Source: Polyangiaceae bacterium (lineage in GTDB: Bacteria; Myxococcota_A; Polyangia; Polyangiales; Polyangiaceae). From it: a stretch of DNA of 64,000 bases. The notes below the pieces were generated by a model, which saw only the letters and a program-made list of their open reading frames with translations, did no database searches and had not been told where the DNA came from. The DNA is taken from positions 1,508-65,507 of the forward strand of contig JAXLYP010000017.1 in assembly GCA_046351395.1 (NCBI GenBank). The letters run 5' to 3'. Below, in pieces: positions 55,470 to 64,000 of the stretch. Each line of letters opens with the position of its first letter. The stretch's first letter is position 1. Made by a program: the position numbers and the translations under genes.

Positions 55470-56314
55470 CCGGCACTCCCCCGCGCTGCATCGTTCAGGG
55501 GCTCGCCGAGGCGGATGGGCCCGAGCTCTCGATGGAGCGACGGCACGCTCGGCTCCGTGAACACGACCGCGGTCGAGCCGAGGTGGAACACCCCGATCTC
55601 GCCAGCGCGCTCGACCTGGTAGGCCGGCTCGAGGGTGTGCGTGCCGATCTCGACGTCGTGGTGATCGAGCATGGGCACGGTGATGCGGCCGACGATCATC
55701 GCCCCCACCATGACCACCGTCACCCGGCCGTGCGTCGGTGAGTCGATGGGGATCGCGACGCGCCGGTTGATCGAGAAGAGCGAGCGCACGTGGCGCTCGC
55801 CGATCGCGTTCACCGGGAACAGATCCCCGGGCATCGAGCGAATCGCGCGGACCTCGCCGCCGACGGGCGCGTGCACGCGGTGGTAGTCCCGGGGGGACAG
55901 GTAGATCACGGCGAAGCTTCCGCCCTCGTACCGCGTCGCCTCGTGGGTGCTGCCGAGCAGCTCGTCGGCGCGGTAGTCGCGCCCCTTGATCTGGAACCGC
56001 CCGCTCGACGTGATCGGGCCGATCGCCTCGAGCCGCCCGTCCGCGGGGCTCACGACCGTCTCGCTCGGCGCGTGAATCGCGCGCGCACCCTCGCGGAGCC
56101 GACGCGTGAAGAACGCGTCGAAGCTCTCGAAGCCTCCCTCGGGGTGGATCGCCTCATCGAGGTCCACGGAGTACGCGCGCGAGAAGATCCCGACGACGGC
56201 CGACGACACGGACGCGGAGATCGCCGCGTCCGCCAAGCGACCGACCGCGCGCGTGATCCTCACGCGAGGTAATACGCGAAGGAGCTGCGCCGCAGCGAAG
56301 GTGGCCACGCTCAT
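55466..56314 (-). CDS. psd: Phosphatidylserine decarboxylase proenzyme
   Basis: 282 aa. Psd self-cleavage motif FHLGSTAVVF (LGST). Conserved YLSPRDYHRVHAP and FPVNA motifs. Confidence 0.85.
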   Translation of the reverse strand: MSVATFAAAQLLRVLPRVRITRAVGRLADAAISASVSSAVVGIFSRAYSVDLDEAIHPEGGFESFDAFFTRRLREGARAIHAPSETVVSPADGRLEAIGPITSSGRFQIKGRDYRADELLGSTHEATRYEGGSFAVIYLSPRDYHRVHAPVGGEVRAIRSMPGDLFPVNAIGERHVRSLFSINRRVAIPIDSPTHGRVTVVMVGAMIVGRITVPMLDHHDVEIGTHTLEPAYQVERAGEIGVFHLGSTAVVFTEPSVPSLHRELGPIRLGEPLNDAARGSAG

Positions 56315-56468
56315 CTGGTTACGCGGCTCATCCGGTTGCGCACGTCCCGCCGGCGGGGCGGATCCGATTCATGAGCGGCGGAAAGTCGAGTGCGGCTCCC
56401 ACGATCGCCCTCATGCTAGGCGCCCCCGTTCCGCGTTGTCTACTCCCCTCACGCGCGGCAGAGCTCGC

Positions 56469-58022
56469 TCAACGCCCTGCCCGCGGCCTCGCGCGGGCGG
56501 CTTCACACAGCGCTCGCCGGTCGGGATCGGCGGGGGATGCCGCGCCATCGAGCGTGCCGCAAGCCACCAGCGGGTCCAGGGGATCGAGCCCGAGCGCCGC
56601 GTTCGAGGCCGCCTCCGTCTCCTTGGGGATGAGGATCGCGCGGAGGGCCCACCAGCTCGCGTCGTTCGCGTAGACGTCCGCGGGATCGGCGACGAGCGCC
56701 GCCGCCGCCGGCTCGTCCCCGAGCCGGGCGAGCGTCTCCGCGAAGCGGGCGCGGATCACCGCCTCGCGCGGCGCGAGCCCCTCGGCCGCCTGAAGCTCCT
56801 TCCGGGCGGCGAGCAGGTCGACCCCGCGCAAGGTCGGATCGGCCTCCTTCCGGTTGGCGAAGAGCTCGCCGAGCCGAACGCGCTTTCGGGTCTCGCCGAG
56901 CGTCTTTGGAGGATCCGCGTTCGGGCGAACCTCGTCCGGGAGAACCTCGGCGCTCGCCATGACCGCCTTCTCCCAGCGCTCCTTCCAGGACGCGAACGAG
57001 CCGCCGCTCACCTGCTCGATCGCCGCGTTCACGCTCTGCTCCCCGCCCTTCAGCGCGCCGAGCAGCTTGGGGAGCGCGCCCGCGCCCGCCTCCCGGATGT
57101 AGAACCGCATGAAGCTCTGCACCTTGCCGTAGGTGACCTGGGCCTCGGTCGCGCTCGAGAGCATCGCGATGGAGGGGCCGATCTCGTCGATCTCCGGGCC
57201 GATGTGCTGGTTGATGCCGAGCGCGCTCAGGCCGTCGCACGACGGGACGTTGTCGAACGGTCGCGCCGGGCGCCAGCGCGACTCTTCGATCCGCGCGACG
57301 CCCTCCTGCAACCAGAGCGGGGCCCGGTCGGCGGACGCCCGCGTCTGGGCGAGGTGCGAGAGCTCGTGGGCGAGCGTGTCGAGGTACGAATAGCCGCGGG
57401 GCGCCGCGCGCGGGGACACCATGATGACCCGCCCCCACTTCGCGATCGCGACCGTCCCCGTGGTCCGCGCGGCGGTCACGGGGAGCCCCGTCATCGCGCT
57501 GAGCGCGTACTGATCACGCACCAGCTCGATGCGGATGGGCGAGGGGAGGAGCGTGCCGAGGTCGTCCTTGAAGACCTCGCGGGCGCGCGCGGCGACCTCG
57601 AACATGAACGGCGCGAGGACCTGATCCCCGTCGTCCTGGAAGCGGATCCACACGCCGCGCGCGGAGTCTTCGACCGTGACGGCGCCCACCGTGGAGCGGA
57701 CGCAGCCGCGCGCCACGGCGCCGAGCTCCTTGGTCTCCTCCGCGTCGACGAGCGGCGGGCGGGAGAGCAGGCCCGCGGCGAGCTCGCAGTCGCCCGCGTA
57801 GAGGGCGCGGCGCGCGCGCTCCACGGCGAGCCGTGCGTCCGACGGATCCGCCCCCTCGAGGGTGGACTTCGCGGCGTCGAGATCGAGTTCGAAGATCGCC
57901 TCGCGGGCCTTCGTGGCGCGCGCCTCATCGCCCGCGAGATCCGCCGTCGCGGTGAGCGCGACGGCCGCGCACGCGAGCGCGGCCCCCGCCGCGACGAGCG
58001 TCGAGAAGGCTCGGCGCCTCAT
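56469..58022 (-). CDS. Secreted zinc-metallopeptidase-like protein (gluzincin-type HExxH...E motif)
   Basis: ATG 58022 gives MRRRAFSTLVAAGAALACAAVALTATA (signal peptide). HELSHLAQ, and a Glu 16-18 residues after it (LWLQEGVARIEE). TPR-like helical N- and C-terminal regions. The start overlaps the stop of the 1057-aa gene. The rest of the 1592-aa ORF upstream is junk. Confidence 0.6.
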   Translation of the reverse strand: MRRRAFSTLVAAGAALACAAVALTATADLAGDEARATKAREAIFELDLDAAKSTLEGADPSDARLAVERARRALYAGDCELAAGLLSRPPLVDAEETKELGAVARGCVRSTVGAVTVEDSARGVWIRFQDDGDQVLAPFMFEVAARAREVFKDDLGTLLPSPIRIELVRDQYALSAMTGLPVTAARTTGTVAIAKWGRVIMVSPRAAPRGYSYLDTLAHELSHLAQTRASADRAPLWLQEGVARIEESRWRPARPFDNVPSCDGLSALGINQHIGPEIDEIGPSIAMLSSATEAQVTYGKVQSFMRFYIREAGAGALPKLLGALKGGEQSVNAAIEQVSGGSFASWKERWEKAVMASAEVLPDEVRPNADPPKTLGETRKRVRLGELFANRKEADPTLRGVDLLAARKELQAAEGLAPREAVIRARFAETLARLGDEPAAAALVADPADVYANDASWWALRAILIPKETEAASNAALGLDPLDPLVACGTLDGAASPADPDRRALCEAARARPRAGR

Positions 58023-61000
58023 CGGACGAGGCCCTCCGCGTAGCGCTTGATCGCCTCTCTCAGCCGAGGGTCTTGCGGCATGGAGAGGCCGTCCGTCACC
58101 CGCTTCTGAAAGTCCTCGGGTGCCTTGGGCTTGTCCTTGTCGGGGACCTTCGTGTCCCCGCTGATCGCGCGCTTGCCCTTGTCTCCGCTCTCGCCGCCGT
58201 CGTTCTCGTTCTCGTCGTCGTCCTGGCCCTTCGCCATCTCGAGGAGCCGCTGCGCCTGCTTCTCGAGCTCCTTGCCGTGATCGGCTTCGCCCTGCTCGAG
58301 CGACCTCTGCGCCTCGCGCATCGCCTCCTCGGCCTGCTCGAGCTTCTCGATCTGCTCCTCGCTGAGCGGCGCGTTGCTCTTCTCCCCCTTCTCTCGGAGC
58401 TGCTTCGCGCGCTCGCCCATGCGGCCCTCCTCGGCGCCGATGTCCTCGAGGTCCTGCTTCGCGCGCTCCTGCTGCTGCCGGCGCATGCGCTCGACCTCGT
58501 CGCGCATGCGGTCGAGCGCCTCCTGGATGCGGTTGCCGGACCGCGTCGCGTCCTTCGCGAGCTCCTGTTCGTCCGTGAACTCGGAGGCGCGGCCGCGCTC
58601 CGCCGCGTCTCGCAGCGCGCGGAGCGCCTCCTCGCCGCGCTTCAGCGCCTCGTCGACGTCGCCCTGTTCGAGCGCGCCGGCCATCGCCTCCGCGTGCTTG
58701 CGCCCGTCGGACGCTCGACCGCTCGGCGACCCCGGGGTCCCTTGGCTGGGGAGGCCCTTGACCGCGTCTCGGATCGCGTCCGCCTCTTCCTTCGCGAGCT
58801 TCTTCAGCGCGTCGAGCTCCTCGGGGGTCGTCGCCTTGCGCATCGCGTCCTCGACCTTGCCGATCTGCTGCGCGTGCTTCTTGATGAGGTCGTCGAGCTC
58901 GTCCGCCCTCTCTTGGGCCTCGCTCGCGGCGTCGGACGCCTCGCCCTCGTCCGAGCCGCCGCCGCCCCCGCTCGAAGGCGCGCCCCCGGACTCGACGCCG
59001 GGCCGGCCGCCGCCGCCGAGGCTCGCGTCGGCGTGGCGCAGTCGCTCGGCGAGATCGCGCGCGGCGATCTCCGTGCGCACCATGTCGAGCTCCGCGCGGG
59101 GTCGCCGGATCCGACCCATCCCGGCGCGCACGGCGTCCCCGAGATCGAGCCCGAGGTCGCCGATCTTGAGGAGCTCGGCGCCGCCGCCCTCGAGCACGTG
59201 GAGCGCGGCGTCGAGCCTCATCCCCGCCGACTCGCGATCGGCGTCCCGATCGAACCCGCGCGCGAGGTTCGCCGCGTCGTCGGCGACGAGCGCGAGCTTC
59301 TTCGCGACCTTCGCTGCATCGGTGAACCCTTGCGAGCGGATCATCGCGTCCACCGCGAGCAGCGCGTCCTCGCTCACCGTGACGAGGCTCGCGTACGTGC
59401 CGACGTCCGGCTTCTTCCCGGTCGCGCCGTGGCGGAGCTCCGCGAGCGCGCCGTCCAGCTTGTGGAGCTGCCCGGCGATCACCGTGCGGATGCGCCCGCG
59501 GATCGTGAGGCCGCCATACGACTCGGCGAGGCGATCCTCGATCAACGTCTCTTGGGCGCGCTGGGCCTTCGCCTCCTCCTCGGCGACCGCTTCGATGTTC
59601 TTGTCCGTCACGGCCGGCAGCGCGGGCGCCGAGGCGCCGGGCGCGGTCTCGCCACGTGCGACGCGCGGCGCCGTGAGGTCGACGAGGGCGTCCCGGATCT
59701 GGAGGAGCGCCGCGAACCGAAGCGCCTCGGGCTCGCCGACGTTCGGGGGCACGACCACGATCGCGGCCGACTTGCCCCACTTCGGTCCGGTCACCGCGTC
59801 GTTGTCGCGCACCTCGATCGTGACCTCGACGGGGAAGAAGCTCTGCTTGAAGAACGGGTCCTTCGTCGAGAGCTCCTCGCCGCCGGCGGCCGTCTTCGAG
59901 TCCGCGGCCTGCCGGGAGAGCGATCGCCTCTCCACCGTCGCGCCGGCGCGGAGCACGAGCGCGACCTCGCGGATGCCATGGTCGTCGGTCGCGCTGTACT
60001 TCAGGTGAATCGAAGGGGTGTCCATGAGCCGCACGGTGCGCGGCGCGCCCTCGAGCCGAACGACGGGGACCTCGTCCGGGATGGAGGTGATCTCGAGCGT
60101 GTCCGCTTGCGGGATGCGCCGCGCGCACCCGCGGCCCGCGCCGTCCGCCGACGCGGAGCCGGGCGGCTCGGGCGCTTGACCGAAGCACGCGGCGACGTGG
60201 AGCTTCGTGGAGTCGCCGAGCGTCCACTTCGCGATCAGGAGGCCGCCGCTCCCTTCGCCCGCGGAGCCCTCGACGACGAACGGCTCTTCGCGCACCCCAT
60301 CCGTCAGCACGAGGGAGCGACCTTTCCGCAGCGCTCGTCCGCGCACCGCGATGACGGATCCGCGCGGGGCGCTCATGCGGCCGAACCGGTCGATCGGCTT
60401 CTCGCTGTCCTGAAGGTACGCGGGAGGCGTGGAGACGATGTCGACGTCGTCGAGGTAGAAGAGGGAGAACGGGGCCTCGCGCTCCGTGCTCGCGAGCAGG
60501 TTCGCCCCCTCGACGATGCGCATGGGCTCGAGCATGACCGCCCCGAACAGCGCTCCCGTCACGCCGAGCGCGGCGACCGCCAGGTAGAGGCCGCGGCGAG
60601 CGGAGCGGGCCTCGACGTCGTCGAGGGAGATCTTCCGGAGCTGGCGCGCGAGGTGGAGCTCCGAGAGCATCTGCGTCGCGCGCGCGTCTCGCGGAGCGTC
60701 GCCCTCCGAGGCGCTCGCGCGCTCGGCGGAGTCGGCAAGCCGAAGCGCCCGATCGATCGCCGCGGCGAGCGACGGATCGGCCTGCTTCACGGTGCGATGG
60801 ATGGCGCGCCGCACGTCCCGCCAAGCGAACAGGCGCACGAGGGAGAAGATCCCCGCGCCCAGCATGGCGGCGACGAGCAGCGCGTACGCGGCGATCGTAG
60901 CGGCGCGCGTCGCCGTCGTCGCCGCGATCGCCGCGCCCGCGACGGCCGAGAGAGACAGCGACGAGACGAGCGCGATACGCGCCGCGCCCGTGCCCTTCGC

Positions 61001-61192
61001 GGACGCGCGGCGCAGCCGATCCCGTGCGCGCCGCATCATCCCCGCGGGGGTCAACGGCGCGGGCTTCGGCGGGTCTCCGCTGTCCGCTGGCGGTGCCGTC
61101 GTGGAGGGCTCCTCGAACGTGGGTGCGTCGTCCGAGGTCTCCGGCGGCTCGGAAGGCGCTCCTTCGAGGGGCGGCTCCTCCTTCGTGCTCAT
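58019..61192 (-). CDS. Large membrane-anchored protein (1057 aa) with two N-terminal TM helices and a long charged coiled-coil C-terminus (hypothetical)
   Basis: Acidic/Pro-rich first 60 aa, then TM helices (IALVSSLSLSAVAGAAIAA; AAYALLVAAMLGAGIFSLVRLFAW), a roughly 650-aa domain, and a roughly 250-aa Glu/Lys/Arg-rich coiled coil (EEQIEKLEQAEEAMREAQRSLEQGEADHGKELEKQAQRLLEMAKG). 4-nt start/stop overlaps with both neighbouring genes. Confidence 0.6.
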   Translation of the reverse strand: MSTKEEPPLEGAPSEPPETSDDAPTFEEPSTTAPPADSGDPPKPAPLTPAGMMRRARDRLRRASAKGTGAARIALVSSLSLSAVAGAAIAATTATRAATIAAYALLVAAMLGAGIFSLVRLFAWRDVRRAIHRTVKQADPSLAAAIDRALRLADSAERASASEGDAPRDARATQMLSELHLARQLRKISLDDVEARSARRGLYLAVAALGVTGALFGAVMLEPMRIVEGANLLASTEREAPFSLFYLDDVDIVSTPPAYLQDSEKPIDRFGRMSAPRGSVIAVRGRALRKGRSLVLTDGVREEPFVVEGSAGEGSGGLLIAKWTLGDSTKLHVAACFGQAPEPPGSASADGAGRGCARRIPQADTLEITSIPDEVPVVRLEGAPRTVRLMDTPSIHLKYSATDDHGIREVALVLRAGATVERRSLSRQAADSKTAAGGEELSTKDPFFKQSFFPVEVTIEVRDNDAVTGPKWGKSAAIVVVPPNVGEPEALRFAALLQIRDALVDLTAPRVARGETAPGASAPALPAVTDKNIEAVAEEEAKAQRAQETLIEDRLAESYGGLTIRGRIRTVIAGQLHKLDGALAELRHGATGKKPDVGTYASLVTVSEDALLAVDAMIRSQGFTDAAKVAKKLALVADDAANLARGFDRDADRESAGMRLDAALHVLEGGGAELLKIGDLGLDLGDAVRAGMGRIRRPRAELDMVRTEIAARDLAERLRHADASLGGGGRPGVESGGAPSSGGGGGSDEGEASDAASEAQERADELDDLIKKHAQQIGKVEDAMRKATTPEELDALKKLAKEEADAIRDAVKGLPSQGTPGSPSGRASDGRKHAEAMAGALEQGDVDEALKRGEEALRALRDAAERGRASEFTDEQELAKDATRSGNRIQEALDRMRDEVERMRRQQQERAKQDLEDIGAEEGRMGERAKQLREKGEKSNAPLSEEQIEKLEQAEEAMREAQRSLEQGEADHGKELEKQAQRLLEMAKGQDDDENENDGGESGDKGKRAISGDTKVPDKDKPKAPEDFQKRVTDGLSMPQDPRLREAIKRYAEGLVR

Positions 61193-62382
61193 GCCGCTCT
61201 CGTACGGGGGCGCGTGGTCCCTCGGACCAGCTCGCGAACGGCCTCACCGAGCCCGTCGAGCGTCAGGTCGAACATCGGGAACACCTGCGCGATCGGATCG
61301 ATCGTCGTCCCTCGGTAACTCTTCCAGTTCTCGGGGTTGAGCCACACCGCGCGGTGGAAGTGATCGCGCAGCATCTTGAGCCACGCGAGCCCGGGTACGC
61401 GCCCGTCGTCGCCGACGCCGGTCGACCCCATGAGCTCGTACGGCGCCATCAGGGCGTCCCCCACCATCACGAGCTTGTAGCCGCTGTGGCACTCCGCGAT
61501 CACGTCGCGCACGCTGACGGGCTCGAGGAAGTTCTCCGTCTTGTAGACGCGACCGTAGACGCAGTTGTGGAAGTAGTACGTGCGGATCTCGCGGAAATGC
61601 GTGGCGCGCTTCGCCGCGCTGAAGAGCTGGCTCATGGTGACCGCGTAGGGGTCCATGGAGCCTCCCACGTCCATCATGAGGATGACGCGCGTCGCGGGCC
61701 TGCGCGGCGGGCGCGTCTTCACCTCGAGCTCTCCGGCGTTGCGCGCGGTCGCGTCGATCGTCCCCTCGACGTCGAGCTCCTCGGCCTGGCCGTCGTAGGA
61801 GAAGACGCGCAGGCGCCGGAGCGCGACCTCGATCTGGCGCGTGTCGAGCACCACGTCCGTCCGGTACGGCTTGTACTTGCGCGCGTCCGCCGAGACGATC
61901 GCGCTGCGCCCGCCGCCGCTCGCCCCGCCGAAGGAGACGCCGCTCGGGTTGAACCCATCGCGACCGAACGGTGAGGTCCCTCCCGTCCCGACGAACCGGT
62001 TCCCGCCGTCGTGTCGCTCCTTCTGCTCCTTGAGGCGCTCCTCGAGGAGCTTCATCACCTCGTCGAGCTCGAGCGCCTGGATGGCCTTCTTCTCGTCGTC
62101 CGAGAGGTCCCGCATCTTGATCGGGTTCGACAGCCACTCGAGAAGTTCCTCGGCGATCGCCTTCGCCTCGATCGCGACCCCCTTGAAGTGGGACGCGAAC
62201 ACGAGGTCGAAGTCGTCGAGGTGCTTCTCGTGGTGGACGAGGAGCGCGCGCGAGACGTCGTAGAAGCCCTCGAGCGAGCTCTCGTGGAGTCCGAGCGCGA
62301 GCGCTCGCGCGAGCGCGACGGCCTCCTGCGCTCCCACCGGCACCTTCCGAGCGCGGAGCTCGTAGAGGAATTCGACGAACAC
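61189..62382 (-). CDS. VWA domain protein of the CoxE-like family
   Basis: GTG 62382 lies 7 nt after the stop of the upstream lipoprotein. N-terminus FVEFLYELRARKVPVGAQEAVALARAL is typical of CoxE-family proteins. VWA region ATRVILMMDVGGSMDPY (the MIDAS-like motif DxGGS rather than DxSGS) and the C-terminal YKLVMVGDA. 397 aa. Confidence 0.7.
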   Translation of the reverse strand: MFVEFLYELRARKVPVGAQEAVALARALALGLHESSLEGFYDVSRALLVHHEKHLDDFDLVFASHFKGVAIEAKAIAEELLEWLSNPIKMRDLSDDEKKAIQALELDEVMKLLEERLKEQKERHDGGNRFVGTGGTSPFGRDGFNPSGVSFGGASGGGRSAIVSADARKYKPYRTDVVLDTRQIEVALRRLRVFSYDGQAEELDVEGTIDATARNAGELEVKTRPPRRPATRVILMMDVGGSMDPYAVTMSQLFSAAKRATHFREIRTYYFHNCVYGRVYKTENFLEPVSVRDVIAECHSGYKLVMVGDALMAPYELMGSTGVGDDGRVPGLAWLKMLRDHFHRAVWLNPENWKSYRGTTIDPIAQVFPMFDLTLDGLGEAVRELVRGTTRPRTRAA

Positions 62383-62387
62383 GGCGG

Positions 62388-63014
62388 TCAGTGGACCATC
62401 ACGAGGGGAGCCTGGCCACGTTCGATCGCGGCCTGCCACTCCTCGGCGGTCCTCGGGATGGCTCCCTGCAGCCGGAGGCGTTCGAACGCCGCCTTCGCTT
62501 GCTCGTCGGTCATCTCGGAGATGCGCGCGTGGTACGCCCACCCGGCGTCGGGCATGCGACACATGACGCACGCCTCGGTCGCGATCATCTCGTCCCCGAC
62601 GACGCACGCGGAGGCGGCCTCGGGGCCGTACGAACCCTCCTGCGCGTGCGAGAGCGAGACGAGCTTGCACGGAGGCTCGGCGTGGAGCGGGTGGTTCGAG
62701 AACTCGACCGCCACGCGGCCTTGCGTGCCGCAGGCGGCCCCTTCATCCCTGAGGTTCTGGCAGGGGCCATCGAACACGGCTGCGTTCGAAGCGGTCGCGC
62801 TCGAGAGGCGGAAACCCGTGGACGTCTTGGCGCGCGGGTCCTCGTTGCGCCGAACGGGATGCGCGGTCGATCCCTCCGAAGATGAGCCAGAGCCGGGATC
62901 CGAGCCGGGATCGACGATCGCGACGGTGGGGGGCTCCGCCGTCGACGAACAACCGACGGAAGCCACCGCCGACCAACCGGCGAAGACGAGGAGGAGCGGA
63001 GCGCGAGACGCCAT
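62388..63014 (-). CDS. Lipoprotein (hypothetical), first gene of the VWA cluster
   Basis: MASRAPLLLVFAGWSAVASVGCSS (lipobox), then an acidic Ser/Gly linker, then a Cys-containing domain (GPCQNLRDEGAACGTQG...EPPCKLVS...ASACVVGDEMIATEACVMCRMPDAGWAYH). Confidence 0.55.
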   Translation of the reverse strand: MASRAPLLLVFAGWSAVASVGCSSTAEPPTVAIVDPGSDPGSGSSSEGSTAHPVRRNEDPRAKTSTGFRLSSATASNAAVFDGPCQNLRDEGAACGTQGRVAVEFSNHPLHAEPPCKLVSLSHAQEGSYGPEAASACVVGDEMIATEACVMCRMPDAGWAYHARISEMTDEQAKAAFERLRLQGAIPRTAEEWQAAIERGQAPLVMVH

Positions 63015-63037
63015 CCGCCAACCCTACACCACGACCG

Positions 63038-63784
63038 CTACCGATGCCCGTTCACGCACGGGTTCATCGGATCGTCGTCCTCCACGCACGGCGCGGTGGG
63101 GGGCGGCGGCGTGACGACGGGCGGAGGTCGGACACCCCCCGGCTGCCCGCCGGCGCCGGGCTTCGACGTCGGCTTCTCGGGGGTGCTCGGCGGCTGCGCG
63201 GGGGCGTTGGCCGCCGCGGCGGCGAGCTCGTCGGCCCGCCGCTCCGCCTCCGCGAGGAGGGCAGACCGGGCCTTCATCTCCGCGTCGAGGCGAGCGTTCT
63301 CGCGCCGCGTCTCCTCCGCCTGCGCCTCGAGCCGCTGCTGGGCGGCGATCGCGTCCGGCCGAATCTTTCCGAAATAGAGTCCGACGCCGCCCGCGAGGAG
63401 CATCGCCGCACCGACCGAGAGCCCCACGACCGCGCGTCGGAGCCTCGAGCGCGACTCCTTCGCGCGGATCTCCGCGACGACGCGCTCGTGATCTTGAACG
63501 AGCTTGAGCTCCTTGAGGCGCGCGTCCGCGAGCGCGCTTTGGCGGGCCTGCTCGACGAGCGCCTCCGCTCGCGCGCGCGCCAGGGCTTCCGCCTCTCGCT
63601 CGGCGCGCGCGGCCGCCCTTCGGCGCTCCTCCGCGGCGGCGAGCTCCGCGCGCTCCTTTTCGAGCGCAGCTTCGCGCGCGATCGCGGCCGACGCGCGCCG
63701 CTCGGCCTCGCGCTTCGCGAGCGCCTGCTGCTCCTCTTCGACGCGCTGCTCTTCGATGGACATCAGCTCCTTGAGCGTGAACAT
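63038..63784 (-). CDS. Coiled-coil membrane protein with Pro-rich C-terminus (hypothetical)
   Basis: ATG 63784 (MFTLKELMSIEEQRVEEEQQALAKREAERRA...). About 150 aa of Ala/Glu/Arg-rich coiled coil, a TM helix AVVGLSVGAAMLLAGGVGLYF, a second coiled coil, then PAQPPSTPEKPTSKPGAGGQPGGVRPPPVVTPPPPTAPC. Confidence 0.45.
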   Translation of the reverse strand: MFTLKELMSIEEQRVEEEQQALAKREAERRASAAIAREAALEKERAELAAAEERRRAAARAEREAEALARARAEALVEQARQSALADARLKELKLVQDHERVVAEIRAKESRSRLRRAVVGLSVGAAMLLAGGVGLYFGKIRPDAIAAQQRLEAQAEETRRENARLDAEMKARSALLAEAERRADELAAAAANAPAQPPSTPEKPTSKPGAGGQPGGVRPPPVVTPPPPTAPCVEDDDPMNPCVNGHR

Positions 63785-64000
63785 CGCGGAGCTCTGGTTC
63801 GTGGACGGGGATCGGGACGAGACGGGAGACGTAGTGGTTGGAGAGCGACCCATTGCAAGAGGAAAGACACGCCCTCGCGCGCCGCATTGGGTGTCTCGCG
63901 AAGCTCCCGCGCGGTTTCACGCGCAGCGATAGCGCGCGAGCGCGAGGCGTGCGCGCGTCCGCGAACGCTCGAGGGCCATCCGACGAGCGGAGCGCGAACG

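Noticed and set aside
53457-55622. 721-aa ORF (+)
   Set aside because: Antisense to the psd and methyltransferase genes; Arg/Leu/Asp junk.
56469-61247. 1592-aa ORF (-) and the plus-strand ORF 58073..61318
   Set aside because: The minus-strand ORF is a readthrough artefact. Only its last 517 aa, from ATG 58022, form the signal-peptide HExxH protein. The upstream portion is an Arg-rich out-of-frame translation of the 1057-aa gene. The plus-strand ORF is antisense.
1-64000. CRISPR arrays, rRNA/tRNA genes, integrases or transposases
   Set aside because: I found no regularly spaced direct repeats, no tRNA-like or rRNA-like structures, and no recombinase or transposase motifs in any frame.

Overview
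This 64 kb window is about 70% GC and looks like a chromosomal segment from a Myxococcota (myxobacterial) genome. The evidence for that is two proteins ending in MYXO-CTERM-like anchors, one protein built from Myxococcus cysteine-rich repeats, five eukaryotic-like Ser/Thr kinases, an FHA-domain sigma54 activator, and many lipoproteins. Because of the GC content the six-frame track is full of long spurious antisense ORFs. I called genes only where I could see recognisable motifs, signal peptides or lipoboxes, or start/stop overlap consistent with translational coupling. Start codons were refined by frame arithmetic from the ORF track, and several real starts are GTG or TTG.

The recognisable content is five Ser/Thr kinases, a multi-PAS hybrid histidine kinase, a MATE transporter, a rhomboid protease, nadE, a cyclophilin, ppa, psd, a LysR regulator, an HtrA-like protease and a VWA (CoxE-like) protein. 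I found no CRISPR array, rRNA, tRNA or classical IS/transposase.

The most unusual signal is a roughly 182-bp intergenic element bounded by terminal inverted repeats (ctagagcaccg...cggtgctctag). It occurs as two full copies in opposite orientation (22349-22529 and 28085-28266) plus one truncated copy (13949-14003). Each copy sits between the TAG stop of one gene and the start of the next. It looks like a MITE-like mobile unit or a structured intergenic cassette.

Other things worth a second look:
- Three genes are interrupted by apparent frameshifts: an RCC1-repeat lipoprotein, a BamD/TPR-like lipoprotein, and a beta-propeller/cytochrome-c gene. These are either real pseudogenes or indel errors in the assembly.
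- Three chains of genes have overlapping start and stop codons, which suggests operons: kinase then rhomboid; psd, then a Pro-rich methyltransferase, then an FAD oxidase; and a lipoprotein, a CoxE-like VWA protein, a 1057-aa transmembrane coiled-coil protein and a secreted zinc-peptidase-like protein.
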